A stretch of 64,000 bases of DNA from Acetatifactor muris (GCA_023664365.1 JAMPFR010000011.1:2922-66921), one strand, 5' to 3'; positions 9,507 to 18,498 are shown, counted from the stretch's first letter. A program made the numbers and translations. The notes: a model not told the origin generated them from the letters alone.

Positions 9507-9834
9507 GGATAGAATTATCATACAGAAGATATTATCAGAAATTGATATTGGGATTGATATGGTGGGAGAAGAAGAATTGAAGGGTTTTCTGAGCGATGAA
9601 AAGCTAAAAAGAGCAATAGGCATGACTGTGCTAAATATAGGATAATTAGTAAAAAACATTACAGAAGAAACCCGTAAAAGATATACGCAAATACCATGGA
9701 GAGCTATTGCGGGGATGAGAGATATTACGGCACATAAATATCAGACGCTGAGAATGGAAGATGTGTATTATATGGTTCAAAATGATTTTCCGACGTTAAG
9801 GGAGCAGTTAAGAGAGATATTGTCTAAGGAATAG
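9496..9834 (+). pseudogene. hepT: HEPN-domain (DUF86/HepT-type) toxin gene interrupted by an in-frame TAA
   Basis: Reads MPHRDRIIIQKILSEI...TVLNIG-TAA(9643-9645)-LVKNITEE...AGMRDITAHKY. The Rx4H HEPN motif (RDITAH) lies downstream of the stop. Related proteins usually have Glu at the stop position (from memory), so GAA->TAA is likely. Confidence 0.8.
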
Positions 9835-9866
9835 TATAAAAGTACAGATTTGTAGGAGACAAATAG

Positions 9867-10290
9867 ATGTCAAAAATAAAGATATCGGATGTAGCTGAGC
9901 AAATAAGAGGTGTTTCATATAAACCTGAAGATGTTCTGGATGGCCCAGGAGTGAATGCAAGTGGAATTGCTAAGAAAAGGGGATATTTTGATATGTGCTT
10001 CAAACGGAAGCAAGCATCTTGTTGGAAAAGCGGCGCAAATTGAAGCTGATTCTGAATATAGTTTTTTGGAATGTATTTTCAAAGCGATTTGTATCGGCGG
10101 TATATTTCGGGGGTATCACAAGGAGCAGACATTAGCAATATAAGGAATGAAGATATAGAGGCAATCAAAATTCGAGAATATTCTGATGTAGAGCAAGTAA
10201 AAATTGCCAAGTTGTTGCAAATGATTACTAATATAATCAGACATCAAAAAAACAACTTGTTGCGCTGGATGAATAATGGACATGCACTTG
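9867..10290 (+). pseudogene. hsdS: Type I R-M specificity subunit (HsdS) remnant with frameshifts and an internal deletion
   Basis: Three frames carry HsdS-like blocks: MSKIKISDVAEQIRGVSYKPEDV, then LRKGDILICASNGSKHLVGKAAQIE, then SQGADISNIRNEDIEAIKI...EQVKIAKLL. No second target-recognition domain is present. Confidence 0.7.
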
Positions 10291-10485
10291 GATTCGTAGA
10301 GGCCATAGGAATTGGTGAATCTATCTTGGCTTTTTGGAATATTATGGGCGGAGCGGAAAATGCGTTGAATATGCAGATGACAGCCGCGAACCAAACAGAT
10401 ATAGATATGTTGGAAGAGGTACAGTGACAGGGAGATGCTTTTAAAAGTAAAATGTAATATGATTGTTGATATTATACGAGGAGGA

Positions 10486-10761
10486 ATGGCTATGATGTAT
10501 CCGTTTATGACGTTGGAGGACAATACAGAAATTGTTCACTCAGAGCAATTGGAAAATGGGGAGGTAAAAGTTTATATTGAAACACCGGATGAAAAGGATT
10601 GTTTCCATAACATGACTTGCTATTTACCCTCCTATCGGTTGGAGGTAAATGGCTATTCAGAGGATGAGGTTAGTTATTACATGGAAATTATTAAATCTAC
10701 GGCACATCTGATAATAGAGTTTTCAAAAGAGGGGGGATTTATGAATGCCTCAGGTTTTTAA
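10486..10761 (+). CDS. Small hypothetical protein (about 91 aa), first gene of an overlapping pair
   Basis: RBS GAGGAGGA immediately upstream of the ATG. A 17-nt overlap with the next ORF suggests translational coupling. Confidence 0.55.
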   Translation: MAMMYPFMTLEDNTEIVHSEQLENGEVKVYIETPDEKDCFHNMTCYLPSYRLEVNGYSEDEVSYYMEIIKSTAHLIIEFSKEGGFMNASGF

Positions 10762-11023
10762 GATAGGTTCCTATTGGGTATATTTTTGGGCAAATGAGGG
10801 GAAGCCTAATGAACCGGTACATGTGCATATATCGGAAGGCAGCCCATCAGAAAATGCCACAAAAATATGGATTACGGCTTCGGGGAAATGTCTGCTGGCA
10901 CATAATAATTCCCAGATACCGCCCAAAATATTGCGAAATATCATGAGAATCATTGAAGCACGCAGTTCTCAAGTGATTCAAAAGTGGATTTCCTTTTTTG
11001 GGTCTGCAACGTATTATTGTTGA
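10745..11023 (+). CDS. DUF4160-like small protein
   Basis: YWVYFWANEGKPNEPVHVHI resembles the DUF4160 signature (F-Y/F-x-x-E-x-x-x-P-H-V/I-H-V), recalled from memory. Confidence 0.6.
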   Translation: MPQVFKIGSYWVYFWANEGKPNEPVHVHISEGSPSENATKIWITASGKCLLAHNNSQIPPKILRNIMRIIEARSSQVIQKWISFFGSATYYC

Positions 11024-11076
11024 CGAGAACTTCCGTTCAGAGAACAGGACGTAGAATAACGGGGAGGAAAATTCCG

Positions 11077-11280
11077 GTGACGAACTTCGATTACTTAAAG
11101 GCGGGCTATGGAATTTGACGTTTGCTTATTGCAGGCTCAGCCGCAAACAGGCATATTGCAGGATACATACGCGGATGATGCGGCGGCATGAGCTCGACTT
11201 TCCTAAAGGGAAGGTAACAAGCAAAGAACTTGCAGCCGAACCCCCCGGGCGCTGGCGGAATGGATCTTTTGCGTGAACTG
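11077..11280 (+). pseudogene. hsdR: Possible remnant of the N-terminus of a type I restriction endonuclease subunit (HsdR)
   Basis: RBS GGGGAGGAAA then GTG, reading VTNFDYLKAGYGI-stop, like the MxNFxFLK start of HsdR. A later block reads RALAEWIF in another frame. The evidence is weak and fragmentary. Confidence 0.3.
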
Positions 11281-11312
11281 TGTTAGGATATCAGAAGGAG
11301 GCAGCTTGCATC

Positions 11313-12215
11313 ATGGCAGGATATTTATTTGTACATTTTATCGGGGAGGAAAAGGACGGGGAGCAGATTTATTTCTCCTTAAGCAGGGACGGCCTGCACT
11401 GGAATGACTTGAATGGCGGAAAGCCGGTGCTGTATTCCAAGACGGGTACAAAGGGGGTTCGGGATCCGTATCCTGTCAGAGATCCCGGGAACGGAAAGAT
11501 CTATCTGATTGCCACGGATCTGCGCATTGAGGCAGGGAACGGCTGGACAGCCGCCCAGGAAGCGGGAAGCCGGGATCTGATTGTGTGGGAAACGGAGGAT
11601 CTGATTCATTGGAGCGGGGAGCGCGCCTGCACGGTGGGAGTGCCGGGGGCAGGCTGCGTATGGGCGCCGGAGGCAGTGTTTGACCGGGAAAAGGGTAAAT
11701 TCCTTGTGTTTTTCGCCTCCAAGGTAAAAAGAGACGGAGAAGCGGAGGGCAGGCACCGGATATATGCCGCCTACACGGATGATTTCCGGGAATTTACAGA
11801 AACCTTTCTCTATATGGAGCGGGACAACCATGTGATTGACGCCACCATACTGGAAAGCAAGGGACATTTCTACCGGGTGTCAAAGGACGAGACGGTGAAA
11901 CGGCTGATTCTGGAGAAGGCGGATTCTCTTCTGGGTGAGTTTACCCGGATAGAATCGCCGGTGCTGGACGCCCTGGAAGGGGTGGAGGGGCCGGAGGGCT
12001 ATCTGCTGCCTGGCGGAGAATGGTGTCTGATTGCAGATCAATTCGCGGCAGGCAAGGGGTATCTGCCGCTGGTAACCGATGATTTGGGTTCCGGCAGATT
12101 CAGAATACTGAAGCCGGATCAGTATGATATGGGCAAAACAAAAAAGCGCCATGGCGGAATCCTGGAAATTACGGATGAGGAGTATGGCAGGCTGGAAGGT
12201 GCATACGGAATTTGA
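11313..12215 (+). CDS. Glycoside hydrolase family 43-like protein
   Basis: Five-bladed-propeller style blocks (GVRDPYPVRD, LIATDLR, CVWAPEAVFD, KGHFYRVSKDE). RBS AGGAGG. Confidence 0.75.
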   Translation: MAGYLFVHFIGEEKDGEQIYFSLSRDGLHWNDLNGGKPVLYSKTGTKGVRDPYPVRDPGNGKIYLIATDLRIEAGNGWTAAQEAGSRDLIVWETEDLIHWSGERACTVGVPGAGCVWAPEAVFDREKGKFLVFFASKVKRDGEAEGRHRIYAAYTDDFREFTETFLYMERDNHVIDATILESKGHFYRVSKDETVKRLILEKADSLLGEFTRIESPVLDALEGVEGPEGYLLPGGEWCLIADQFAAGKGYLPLVTDDLGSGRFRILKPDQYDMGKTKKRHGGILEITDEEYGRLEGAYGI

Positions 12216-12237
12216 CAGGGAAACGGAAGATATGTTG

Positions 12238-12474
12238 TTATGGCTCCCTTAAAACCTCGATCCCGGTATCGGAGTACATATCCAGCAGTCCCACGATCTC
12301 ATTTGCGGGGCGGCCGTATACATGGCAGCATTTACGGTCAGTTTTGCTGTGTTCTTCCTGGGTCTCATCCATGCCCACGCTCATGCGGGCAGCCCCCAGA
12401 CCCGTTTCACTGTCCAGGTGGCGGATGATTTCGTCTATCAGATAGTCTCGGTTTTGATTTTTTTGATTTTCCAT
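12238..12474 (-). CDS. Small hypothetical protein (78 aa)
   Basis: ORF with an AAAGGAAAA RBS upstream on the minus strand. No motif recognised. Confidence 0.5.
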   Translation of the reverse strand: MENQKNQNRDYLIDEIIRHLDSETGLGAARMSVGMDETQEEHSKTDRKCCHVYGRPANEIVGLLDMYSDTGIEVLREP

Positions 12475-12556
12475 GGCGGGTTATTTTCCTTTCCTGTTGC
12501 GGCGGCCTGTGCCGCCTGTTTTTAATGCCTGCTTTGTGATGCCTGCTTTGCAACGC

Positions 12557-13234
12557 TTATTTTGTGATGCGGTTGAGAATGCCGTCCACGTCGATTCCCG
12601 GATGGGTTGAGTACATACGGCAGATCTGTTCCGTCAATTCACAGGAGATGCCGCACTTTGCCGCAATGTCCCCCAAGGGCCTGCCCCTGTCAAACTCCCT
12701 TATCACCGCTCTGACAGCGGCGGCCCGGTCTATAGAGCTTTCCGGCAGGGCGACGCTCCTTTCCCCTGCAATATCCTTTCTGATGATCCGGCAGCGGCCG
12801 TTTTCGTCTATTTCCGCTACGGCCATGGTGATGGGCAGGGTAAAACGCCGTTTGCCGCAGCTGCCGGGGTTCAGCCGGATCTGCCCGTCCTTTTTCTCCA
12901 GAGCGTATTTGTGGGAATGGCCGTAAATGATAAAGTCTGCGTCCGCGGCGTCTGCGGAACTTTCTTTTTTGTTGTGAATCATGTAGAAGCGGTGCCCGAA
13001 TAAGTCTGTTGTCAATTCCGCGGGCAGGCCTTCAGCCCACTCCTTGTCGGCGTTTCCCCGCACCGCATACAGCGGCTTCAGCTTCCGCAGGCTGTCCAGA
13101 ATGTCCTGCCGGTCAATGTCTCCGGCATGGAAAATAACGTCGCAGGTCTGCAGTATCTCTGTGACCTCCGGCCGAAGCAGGCCGTGTGTGTCCGAAATAA
13201 TCCCAATTCGATGCAACGTGAGTTCCTCCCGCAA
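12557..13234 (-). CDS. YfcE/MJ0936-type metallophosphoesterase with a C-terminal extension of about 65 aa
   Basis: Motifs SDTHG, HAGD, GNAD and GHSH in the canonical calcineurin-like order. Confidence 0.85.
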   Translation of the reverse strand: MREELTLHRIGIISDTHGLLRPEVTEILQTCDVIFHAGDIDRQDILDSLRKLKPLYAVRGNADKEWAEGLPAELTTDLFGHRFYMIHNKKESSADAADADFIIYGHSHKYALEKKDGQIRLNPGSCGKRRFTLPITMAVAEIDENGRCRIIRKDIAGERSVALPESSIDRAAAVRAVIREFDRGRPLGDIAAKCGISCELTEQICRMYSTHPGIDVDGILNRITK

Positions 13235-13345
13235 AACAATTGTCGAATATAAAGGCGGTGGCAGCGGTTACAGCTCCAATGCGGCCGGACGCCTTCAACT
13301 GCAGATATTGTATCACAATCCGGCCTGTCTGCGCCAGATATTTTA

Positions 13346-13438
13346 GTAACAGTTCAGCCATGGAATGGTCTGCAATCAGTGCTTTGTGCGCAAGCGCCCA
13401 CGCACAGTTTGCAGATCATTCCATGGCTGAACTGTTAC
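13346..13438. mobile_element. 93-bp nested-palindrome MITE-like element (copy 1), flanked by an 8-bp direct repeat
   Basis: The 30-nt arms at 13346-13375 and 13409-13438 are complementary at 29/30 positions. ATATTTTA occurs immediately outside both ends (13338-13345 and 13439-13446). Confidence 0.7.
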
Positions 13439-13546
13439 ATATTTTACGAAATTCAGGTGCAGAGGGGTTGTTGATTTTCCGCGCATATAGTACAATACAC
13501 TCATGAAGCGGCCGGATATAAGTAAAGGAAGGGAGCGTGTAAATAA

Positions 13547-15352
13547 ATGGCGGAGGAATTGAAGGACAGAAAAGACATACCGGAGGAGCTGACCTGGGAT
13601 TTGACGCAGATATATGCTGCGGAGGAGGACATGCTTCGGGACGTGGAGGAAGTGAAGCGTCTGGTAAAGTATATTGAGGAAACCTATCGGGGAAAGCTGG
13701 ATACACCGGAGCGGATCGAAGCCTGTGTGACGCAGTACCGCAGGGTGGAGGAGTTGATGACCCTGGTGGGAAATTACTGCAATCTGGCGGTGGAAGTGGA
13801 TTATTACGACAACTGCAACCAGCAGCGCATGGGAAAAATAAGCCGTCTGGGGGACGAGTTCAACAGCCGCTTAAGCTTTGTGCGCAGTGAGATCATGGAG
13901 CAGCCGGATGAGATCATCAAAGGGGCGATTGAGATCAGCCGGGGCAACAAATATTATTTACAGGATATTCTGCGGGACAAGGCCCACAGGCTGCATCCGG
14001 AGGCGGAGCGGGTAATGTCCGCCCTGGGGCGGAGCATCTACGGAACCCCCTATGAGATTTACAACATTACCAAGCTGGCGGATATTAAATTTGCCCCTTT
14101 TACCGTGGACGGAAAGGAGTATCCGCTGGGGTATACCCTGTTTGAGGACGATTACGAGTATGAGCCGGACACGGCAGTGCGCCGGGCGGCCTTTGCCGCT
14201 TTTTCCGCAAAGATCAAAGAGTATGAGAATGTGACGGCCGCGGCGTACAATGCCAATGTACAGACAGAGAAGGTGCTGTCAAAGCTCCGGGGCTTTGATT
14301 CCGTATTTGATTATCTGCTCTATGGGCAGAAGGTGGGCAGGGATCTTTACGAACGCCAGATTGATTTGATTACGGAAAAGCTGGCGCCCCATATGCGTAA
14401 ATATGCGAAGCTGATACAGAAGGTACATCACCTGGATAAGGTGACATTTGCGGACTTAAAGCTGCCGGTGGATCCCGGCTATACGCCGGAGGTTACCATT
14501 GAAGGCTCCAGAGAATACATAGAAAAGGGGCTTGCCGTTCTGGGTGAGGATTATGTGGAAATGGTGCGCACGGCATATCGGGACCGCTGGGTGGATTTTG
14601 CCCAGAATAAGGGAAAGGCCACAGGCGGCTTCTGTGCCAGCCCTTACGGCAGCCACTCCTATATCCTGATGACATGGAACAATAAGATGTCGGATGTGTT
14701 TACCCTGGCTCATGAACTGGGACACGCGGGGCATTTTAAAATCTGCAACAGCACGCAGTCCATTTTTGACACAGATGTATCCACCTATTTCGTGGAAGCG
14801 CCGTCTACCATGAATGAACTGCTGATGGCACACTACCTGATGAAGACCAGTGATGATAAACGGTTCAGACGCTGGGTGCTGTCCTGTATGGTGAGCAATA
14901 CCTATTACCATAATTTTGTGACGCACCTGCTGGAGGCGGCTTACCAGCGGGAGGTATACAGGCTGGTGGACGCGGGGGAGAGTGTGCAGGCGGAGCAGCT
15001 GAGCGGCATTATGCGCAGCACTCTGGAAAAATTCTGGGGGGATGCGGTGGAGATAAACCCGGGCGCAGAGCTGACATGGATGCGCCAGCCTCATTATTAT
15101 ATGGGGCTGTATTCTTACACTTACAGCGCGGGACTGACCGTTGCCACCCAGGTCTGCAAGCGTCTGGAAAAGGAAGGGGAAGCTGTTGCGGAGGACTGGA
15201 AGAAAGTGCTGGCAGCAGGAAGCACCCTGGACCCGGTGGGGCTTGCGGCCCTGGCGGGAATCGATATTACCACGGATGCACCCCTGCTGGATACCATTGA
15301 AACCATAGGTTCCATGATTGATGAAATCTGTGAACTGACGGAAGAACTGTGA
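13547..15352 (+). CDS. pepF: Oligoendopeptidase F (M3B family)
   Basis: HELGH zinc motif (FTLAHELGHAGH). Length and overall block pattern match PepF. Confidence 0.9.
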   Translation: MAEELKDRKDIPEELTWDLTQIYAAEEDMLRDVEEVKRLVKYIEETYRGKLDTPERIEACVTQYRRVEELMTLVGNYCNLAVEVDYYDNCNQQRMGKISRLGDEFNSRLSFVRSEIMEQPDEIIKGAIEISRGNKYYLQDILRDKAHRLHPEAERVMSALGRSIYGTPYEIYNITKLADIKFAPFTVDGKEYPLGYTLFEDDYEYEPDTAVRRAAFAAFSAKIKEYENVTAAAYNANVQTEKVLSKLRGFDSVFDYLLYGQKVGRDLYERQIDLITEKLAPHMRKYAKLIQKVHHLDKVTFADLKLPVDPGYTPEVTIEGSREYIEKGLAVLGEDYVEMVRTAYRDRWVDFAQNKGKATGGFCASPYGSHSYILMTWNNKMSDVFTLAHELGHAGHFKICNSTQSIFDTDVSTYFVEAPSTMNELLMAHYLMKTSDDKRFRRWVLSCMVSNTYYHNFVTHLLEAAYQREVYRLVDAGESVQAEQLSGIMRSTLEKFWGDAVEINPGAELTWMRQPHYYMGLYSYTYSAGLTVATQVCKRLEKEGEAVAEDWKKVLAAGSTLDPVGLAALAGIDITTDAPLLDTIETIGSMIDEICELTEEL

Positions 15353-15394
15353 GGATACGGAGAATCATTCTACTGCTGATTTATACTTATTTTA

Positions 15395-15428
15395 GAAAAG
15401 AGGGGGCAGGCGCTCCCTCTTTTCTGTC
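15395..15428. terminator. Bidirectional rho-independent terminator between convergent genes
   Basis: GAAAAGAGGGGG-caggcg-CTCCCTCTTTTC, a 12-bp stem with one mismatch, with A-rich and T-rich flanks. Confidence 0.7.
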
Positions 15429-15454
15429 GTGCGCCAGACAGCGCAGACTTGTAC

Positions 15455-16606
15455 TTATCCTTCCTCCTCCGGGTCTTCCGCAGCTCCCGGACGCACTGTG
15501 ATGCCGTTGACTACAACACCGCCGTCCAGGCGGATGACAAGGCATTGCCGGCCGCCTATGCTGCGGGTTTCAATCAGATCGGTGCGGTCGGGGCTGACCC
15601 TGATGACTACGTCGGGGGTTTTAACCTCAAAGGTCCGGGTATTCATGACATTGCTGGCCAGAAGGGAAGCAGTCTCCCCGGCGGTCTCATCATAGCGGGT
15701 ATCAAAGGTTTCCAGCTTTTCGTTGGAGACGCCGCTGTCGGCAAGTATGGTTTTCACTTCCTTTTTGTCCAGTACCAGAGGCTCCGGCTCCTCCTTGTGT
15801 TCCTCCGTCATCTCAGTGAGCTTGTCGTGGATGTTTTTCACGATTTCAATGTCGCAGTCCTCACCCAGAGTTTCTTCAATGAGAGCCTGAAAGGTTTCCA
15901 TCTGATTGCCTGCGGACAGGGGCAGGGGGCAGCCTAAGAGCTCGCTTACAAAGCCTTCCTTCAGCTCCTCCGGATCCTTGGAATAATATAGGGTGCTGTG
16001 AAGGTCGCAGCTGCGGTCGGTAAATGCCGGGAAGAGGAAGCCTGCATCCGGAAGGCCCACCACCCAGTCCCGGATGCGGTTCCGGAAGGTGTTTTCCGCC
16101 GCGTCATAGGACAGACCGGGCTTGGACAGCTCCACCGGACAGATACAGGTCAGCAGGTACTCATAAACCTCGTCGGAGGCATCCTCCAGTTCTATGCCGT
16201 CCCGGGTGCGTCCGGGCACGTCATAGACGTCGTGTACCACCAGAATCAGGTAGTTGCCTACAAATTCATAGTTGGCGATGATTCTGTCGTAGAATTCCTC
16301 CAGCAGAGCGTCGTCCTTCAGCTTGCTGTCCCTGAGGCGCAGCAGGAACTCCTGGGCGCCTCCTTCCTCTTCGCTGTTTAAGGGAAAATCCAGGGTCAGC
16401 AGATTTTTGCCTAACGTGCCGGACAGGGTCTTGCGCAGAATTTCAAAATATTTGAACATTTCTTCCTCCGGCAGCGCCAGAAATGCCTGTTTTAACTCTG
16501 TTTTCTTGTTCTTCTCTCCGTCCACATAACAGCCGCAGATGCGGGTAATGGAGCAGTTTTTCGGGGTGAGCAGCTTTTTGATTTCGGAGATTTCCTGTTT
16601 TGTCAT
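15455..16606 (-). CDS. Conserved Firmicutes protein, resembles the DUF4317 family (from memory)
   Basis: Begins MTKQEISEIKKLLTPKNCSITRICGCYVDGEKNKK. An internal Met with a GAGGT-type RBS was chosen over the longer ORF start at 16669. Confidence 0.75.
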   Translation of the reverse strand: MTKQEISEIKKLLTPKNCSITRICGCYVDGEKNKKTELKQAFLALPEEEMFKYFEILRKTLSGTLGKNLLTLDFPLNSEEEGGAQEFLLRLRDSKLKDDALLEEFYDRIIANYEFVGNYLILVVHDVYDVPGRTRDGIELEDASDEVYEYLLTCICPVELSKPGLSYDAAENTFRNRIRDWVVGLPDAGFLFPAFTDRSCDLHSTLYYSKDPEELKEGFVSELLGCPLPLSAGNQMETFQALIEETLGEDCDIEIVKNIHDKLTEMTEEHKEEPEPLVLDKKEVKTILADSGVSNEKLETFDTRYDETAGETASLLASNVMNTRTFEVKTPDVVIRVSPDRTDLIETRSIGGRQCLVIRLDGGVVVNGITVRPGAAEDPEEEG

Positions 16607-16728
16607 ACTATATGTACCTCTTTCATTTGAAATATGTATATTATACCACAGCCGAACGAAGCCGGGCAAGTCCCGGACGGGAACTGCGAATTTTTATATC
16701 TTTAAATCTTTAAATATTGACAAAAAAG

Positions 16729-16756
16729 TTGCTTTATCTCCCGGCTTTGATATAAT
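16729..16756 (+). promoter_or_regulatory. Candidate sigma-A promoter of mscL with an extended -10
   Basis: TTGCTT (16729-16734), 16-nt spacer ending in TGa, TATAAT (16751-16756). Confidence 0.45.
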
Positions 16757-16808
16757 AATAAATATGGCTGTTGAACTGCAAAATGATAAAAGAAAGGACA
16801 GGCTGCAA

Positions 16809-17261
16809 ATGAGTAAAGGTAAAGGAAAAGAAAAGGGCTTTATCGCGGAGTTTAAGAAATTCATCACCCGTGGCAACGTGATGGATATGGCGGTGGGCGT
16901 GATTGTGGGAGGCGCATTTACCGCTATCGTGACGTCACTGAATCAGGATATACTGACTCCCATTCTGGCGATTTTCGGCGGAACGGATTTCAGCTATCTG
17001 ACGCTGACGCTGGGCAGCGGCGCAGATGCGCCGGTGTTGAATTACGGTAATTTTATCACGGCGATTATCAACTTCCTGATTACGGCGCTGGTGATTTTCC
17101 TGCTGATTAAACTGATTAATAAGGTGGGTGACAAGCTGAGCCATAAAGAGGAAGAGAAGCCCGCCGCGCCCACCACGAAGAAGTGTCCCTTCTGTATGAG
17201 CGAGATTGCAATCGAGGCTACAAGATGTCCTCACTGCACCTCAAAGCTGGACGAGGACTGA
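16809..17261 (+). CDS. mscL: Large-conductance mechanosensitive channel MscL with a C-terminal CxxC...CxxC tail
   Basis: FKKFITRGNVMDMAVGVIVGGAF matches the MscL N-terminal signature. The tail reads KKCPFCMSEIAIEATRCPHCTS. Confidence 0.9.
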   Translation: MSKGKGKEKGFIAEFKKFITRGNVMDMAVGVIVGGAFTAIVTSLNQDILTPILAIFGGTDFSYLTLTLGSGADAPVLNYGNFITAIINFLITALVIFLLIKLINKVGDKLSHKEEEKPAAPTTKKCPFCMSEIAIEATRCPHCTSKLDED

Positions 17262-17442
17262 AACCGGCGGCAGCTTTCAGCCGGAGAAAAGCAGAGCAGG
17301 TGACAAAAAGCCGGAGCCGGCAGCAGCCCTGGGCCGGAGAAGGCAGAGCGGACGACAGAAAGCCTGAACCGGCGGAATGCCGGAGTCTGAGAACAGCCTG
17401 AGTATGGGAAGACCGGAAATATTAAAGCGGAGATAACGTGAA

Positions 17443-18498
17443 ATGGCGCAGAGAAAAATACAAAAGAAGTGCATAAGCATAGCCGTGTGTCTTGTCATGC
17501 TCTGTCTGCTTACGGGCTGCGGAGGAGCCGGAGAGAAGACTGCCAATGCCACACAGATGATACAGAATCTGGACTATGAAGGGGCGCTGGCGGAGCTGGC
17601 AGCGGCGGAGGAAGCAGGTGAGAATCTGCGTCTGATTGAGCGTTCCAGAGGGATCGCCTACATGGGCCTTACGGACTACGGCCGGGCTGCGGAAGCTTTT
17701 CTGCGCTCCCTTGCCCACAGCAACGGGTTTGTGCAGAATATAGATTTTGACACGAATTATTATCTTGCCGCCGCCTATACCAAGGATGGCCGGTACAGTG
17801 AGGCGGAGGACGCCTATAATGCCATTCTGGCCCTGCGGCCCGAAGAGGAGGACGCCTATTTCCTGAGAGGAAACGTGCGGATGCATCTGGGAGATTTCCA
17901 GGGGGCAAAGGAGGATTTTGACAGGGTTCTTGCCATGGACGCCAAAAATTATGACAGGCTCATAGAAATTTATGAGGTACTGGCGTATTTCGGTTACAGG
18001 GAAGAAGGGCAGGAGTATCTGCAGACAGCTCTTGCCGCCGGTGATAAGAAGATGGATAATTTCTCCAGAGGGCGCATTTATTATTATCAGGGAGAATACC
18101 AGAAGGCCTGTCTCGCGCTGGAGGAAGCCAGAGGCGAGGGCAGCGCCGAAAGCTACCTTTATCTGGGCCGGGCCTATGAGGCTACGGGGGATTACAATTA
18201 TGCCGCCAGCGTGTACAGCAGCTATCTGGGGCAGTATGAAGCAAACGCGGAGGTTTACAACCAGCTGGGGCTCTGCGAGATGGCAAAGGGGGAGTATACC
18301 GAAGCACTGGAGGCCTTTCAGGCGGGAATGCAGCTTGAAAACAGCACCATGATGCAGGCGCTGTCCTTCAATGAAATCGTGGCATATGAGTACCTGGGGG
18401 AGTATGAGCGGGCTTATGTGCTGATAAACAACTATCTGAAAAATTATCCCGACGATCTGCAGGCCCGCAGAGAATATGATTTTCTGTCAACCAGATAG
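17443..18498 (+). CDS. TPR-repeat lipoprotein
   Basis: Lipobox LLTGCGG after a signal peptide. Repeated TPR-like A/Y/G spacing follows (AYFLRGNV..., YLYLGRAYEATGDY..., NQLGLCEMAKGEY...). Confidence 0.8.
   Translation: MAQRKIQKKCISIAVCLVMLCLLTGCGGAGEKTANATQMIQNLDYEGALAELAAAEEAGENLRLIERSRGIAYMGLTDYGRAAEAFLRSLAHSNGFVQNIDFDTNYYLAAAYTKDGRYSEAEDAYNAILALRPEEEDAYFLRGNVRMHLGDFQGAKEDFDRVLAMDAKNYDRLIEIYEVLAYFGYREEGQEYLQTALAAGDKKMDNFSRGRIYYYQGEYQKACLALEEARGEGSAESYLYLGRAYEATGDYNYAASVYSSYLGQYEANAEVYNQLGLCEMAKGEYTEALEAFQAGMQLENSTMMQALSFNEIVAYEYLGEYERAYVLINNYLKNYPDDLQARREYDFLSTR

Noticed and set aside
12526-12552. Direct repeat ATGCCTGCTTTG x2 and an adjacent GCGGC/GCCGC hairpin between the two minus-strand genes
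   Set aside because: It is very short (12 nt, two copies) and could arise by chance or local duplication. The hairpin has a T-run only on the plus strand, where no gene ends nearby.
17262-17442. Repeated GCCGGAG(A)A..GCAGAGC motifs between mscL and the TPR gene
   Set aside because: The copies are short, degenerate and irregularly spaced. No palindrome, terminator or credible ORF fits them (17183-17401 overlaps the mscL 3' end and has no RBS). The evidence is too weak to call a feature.
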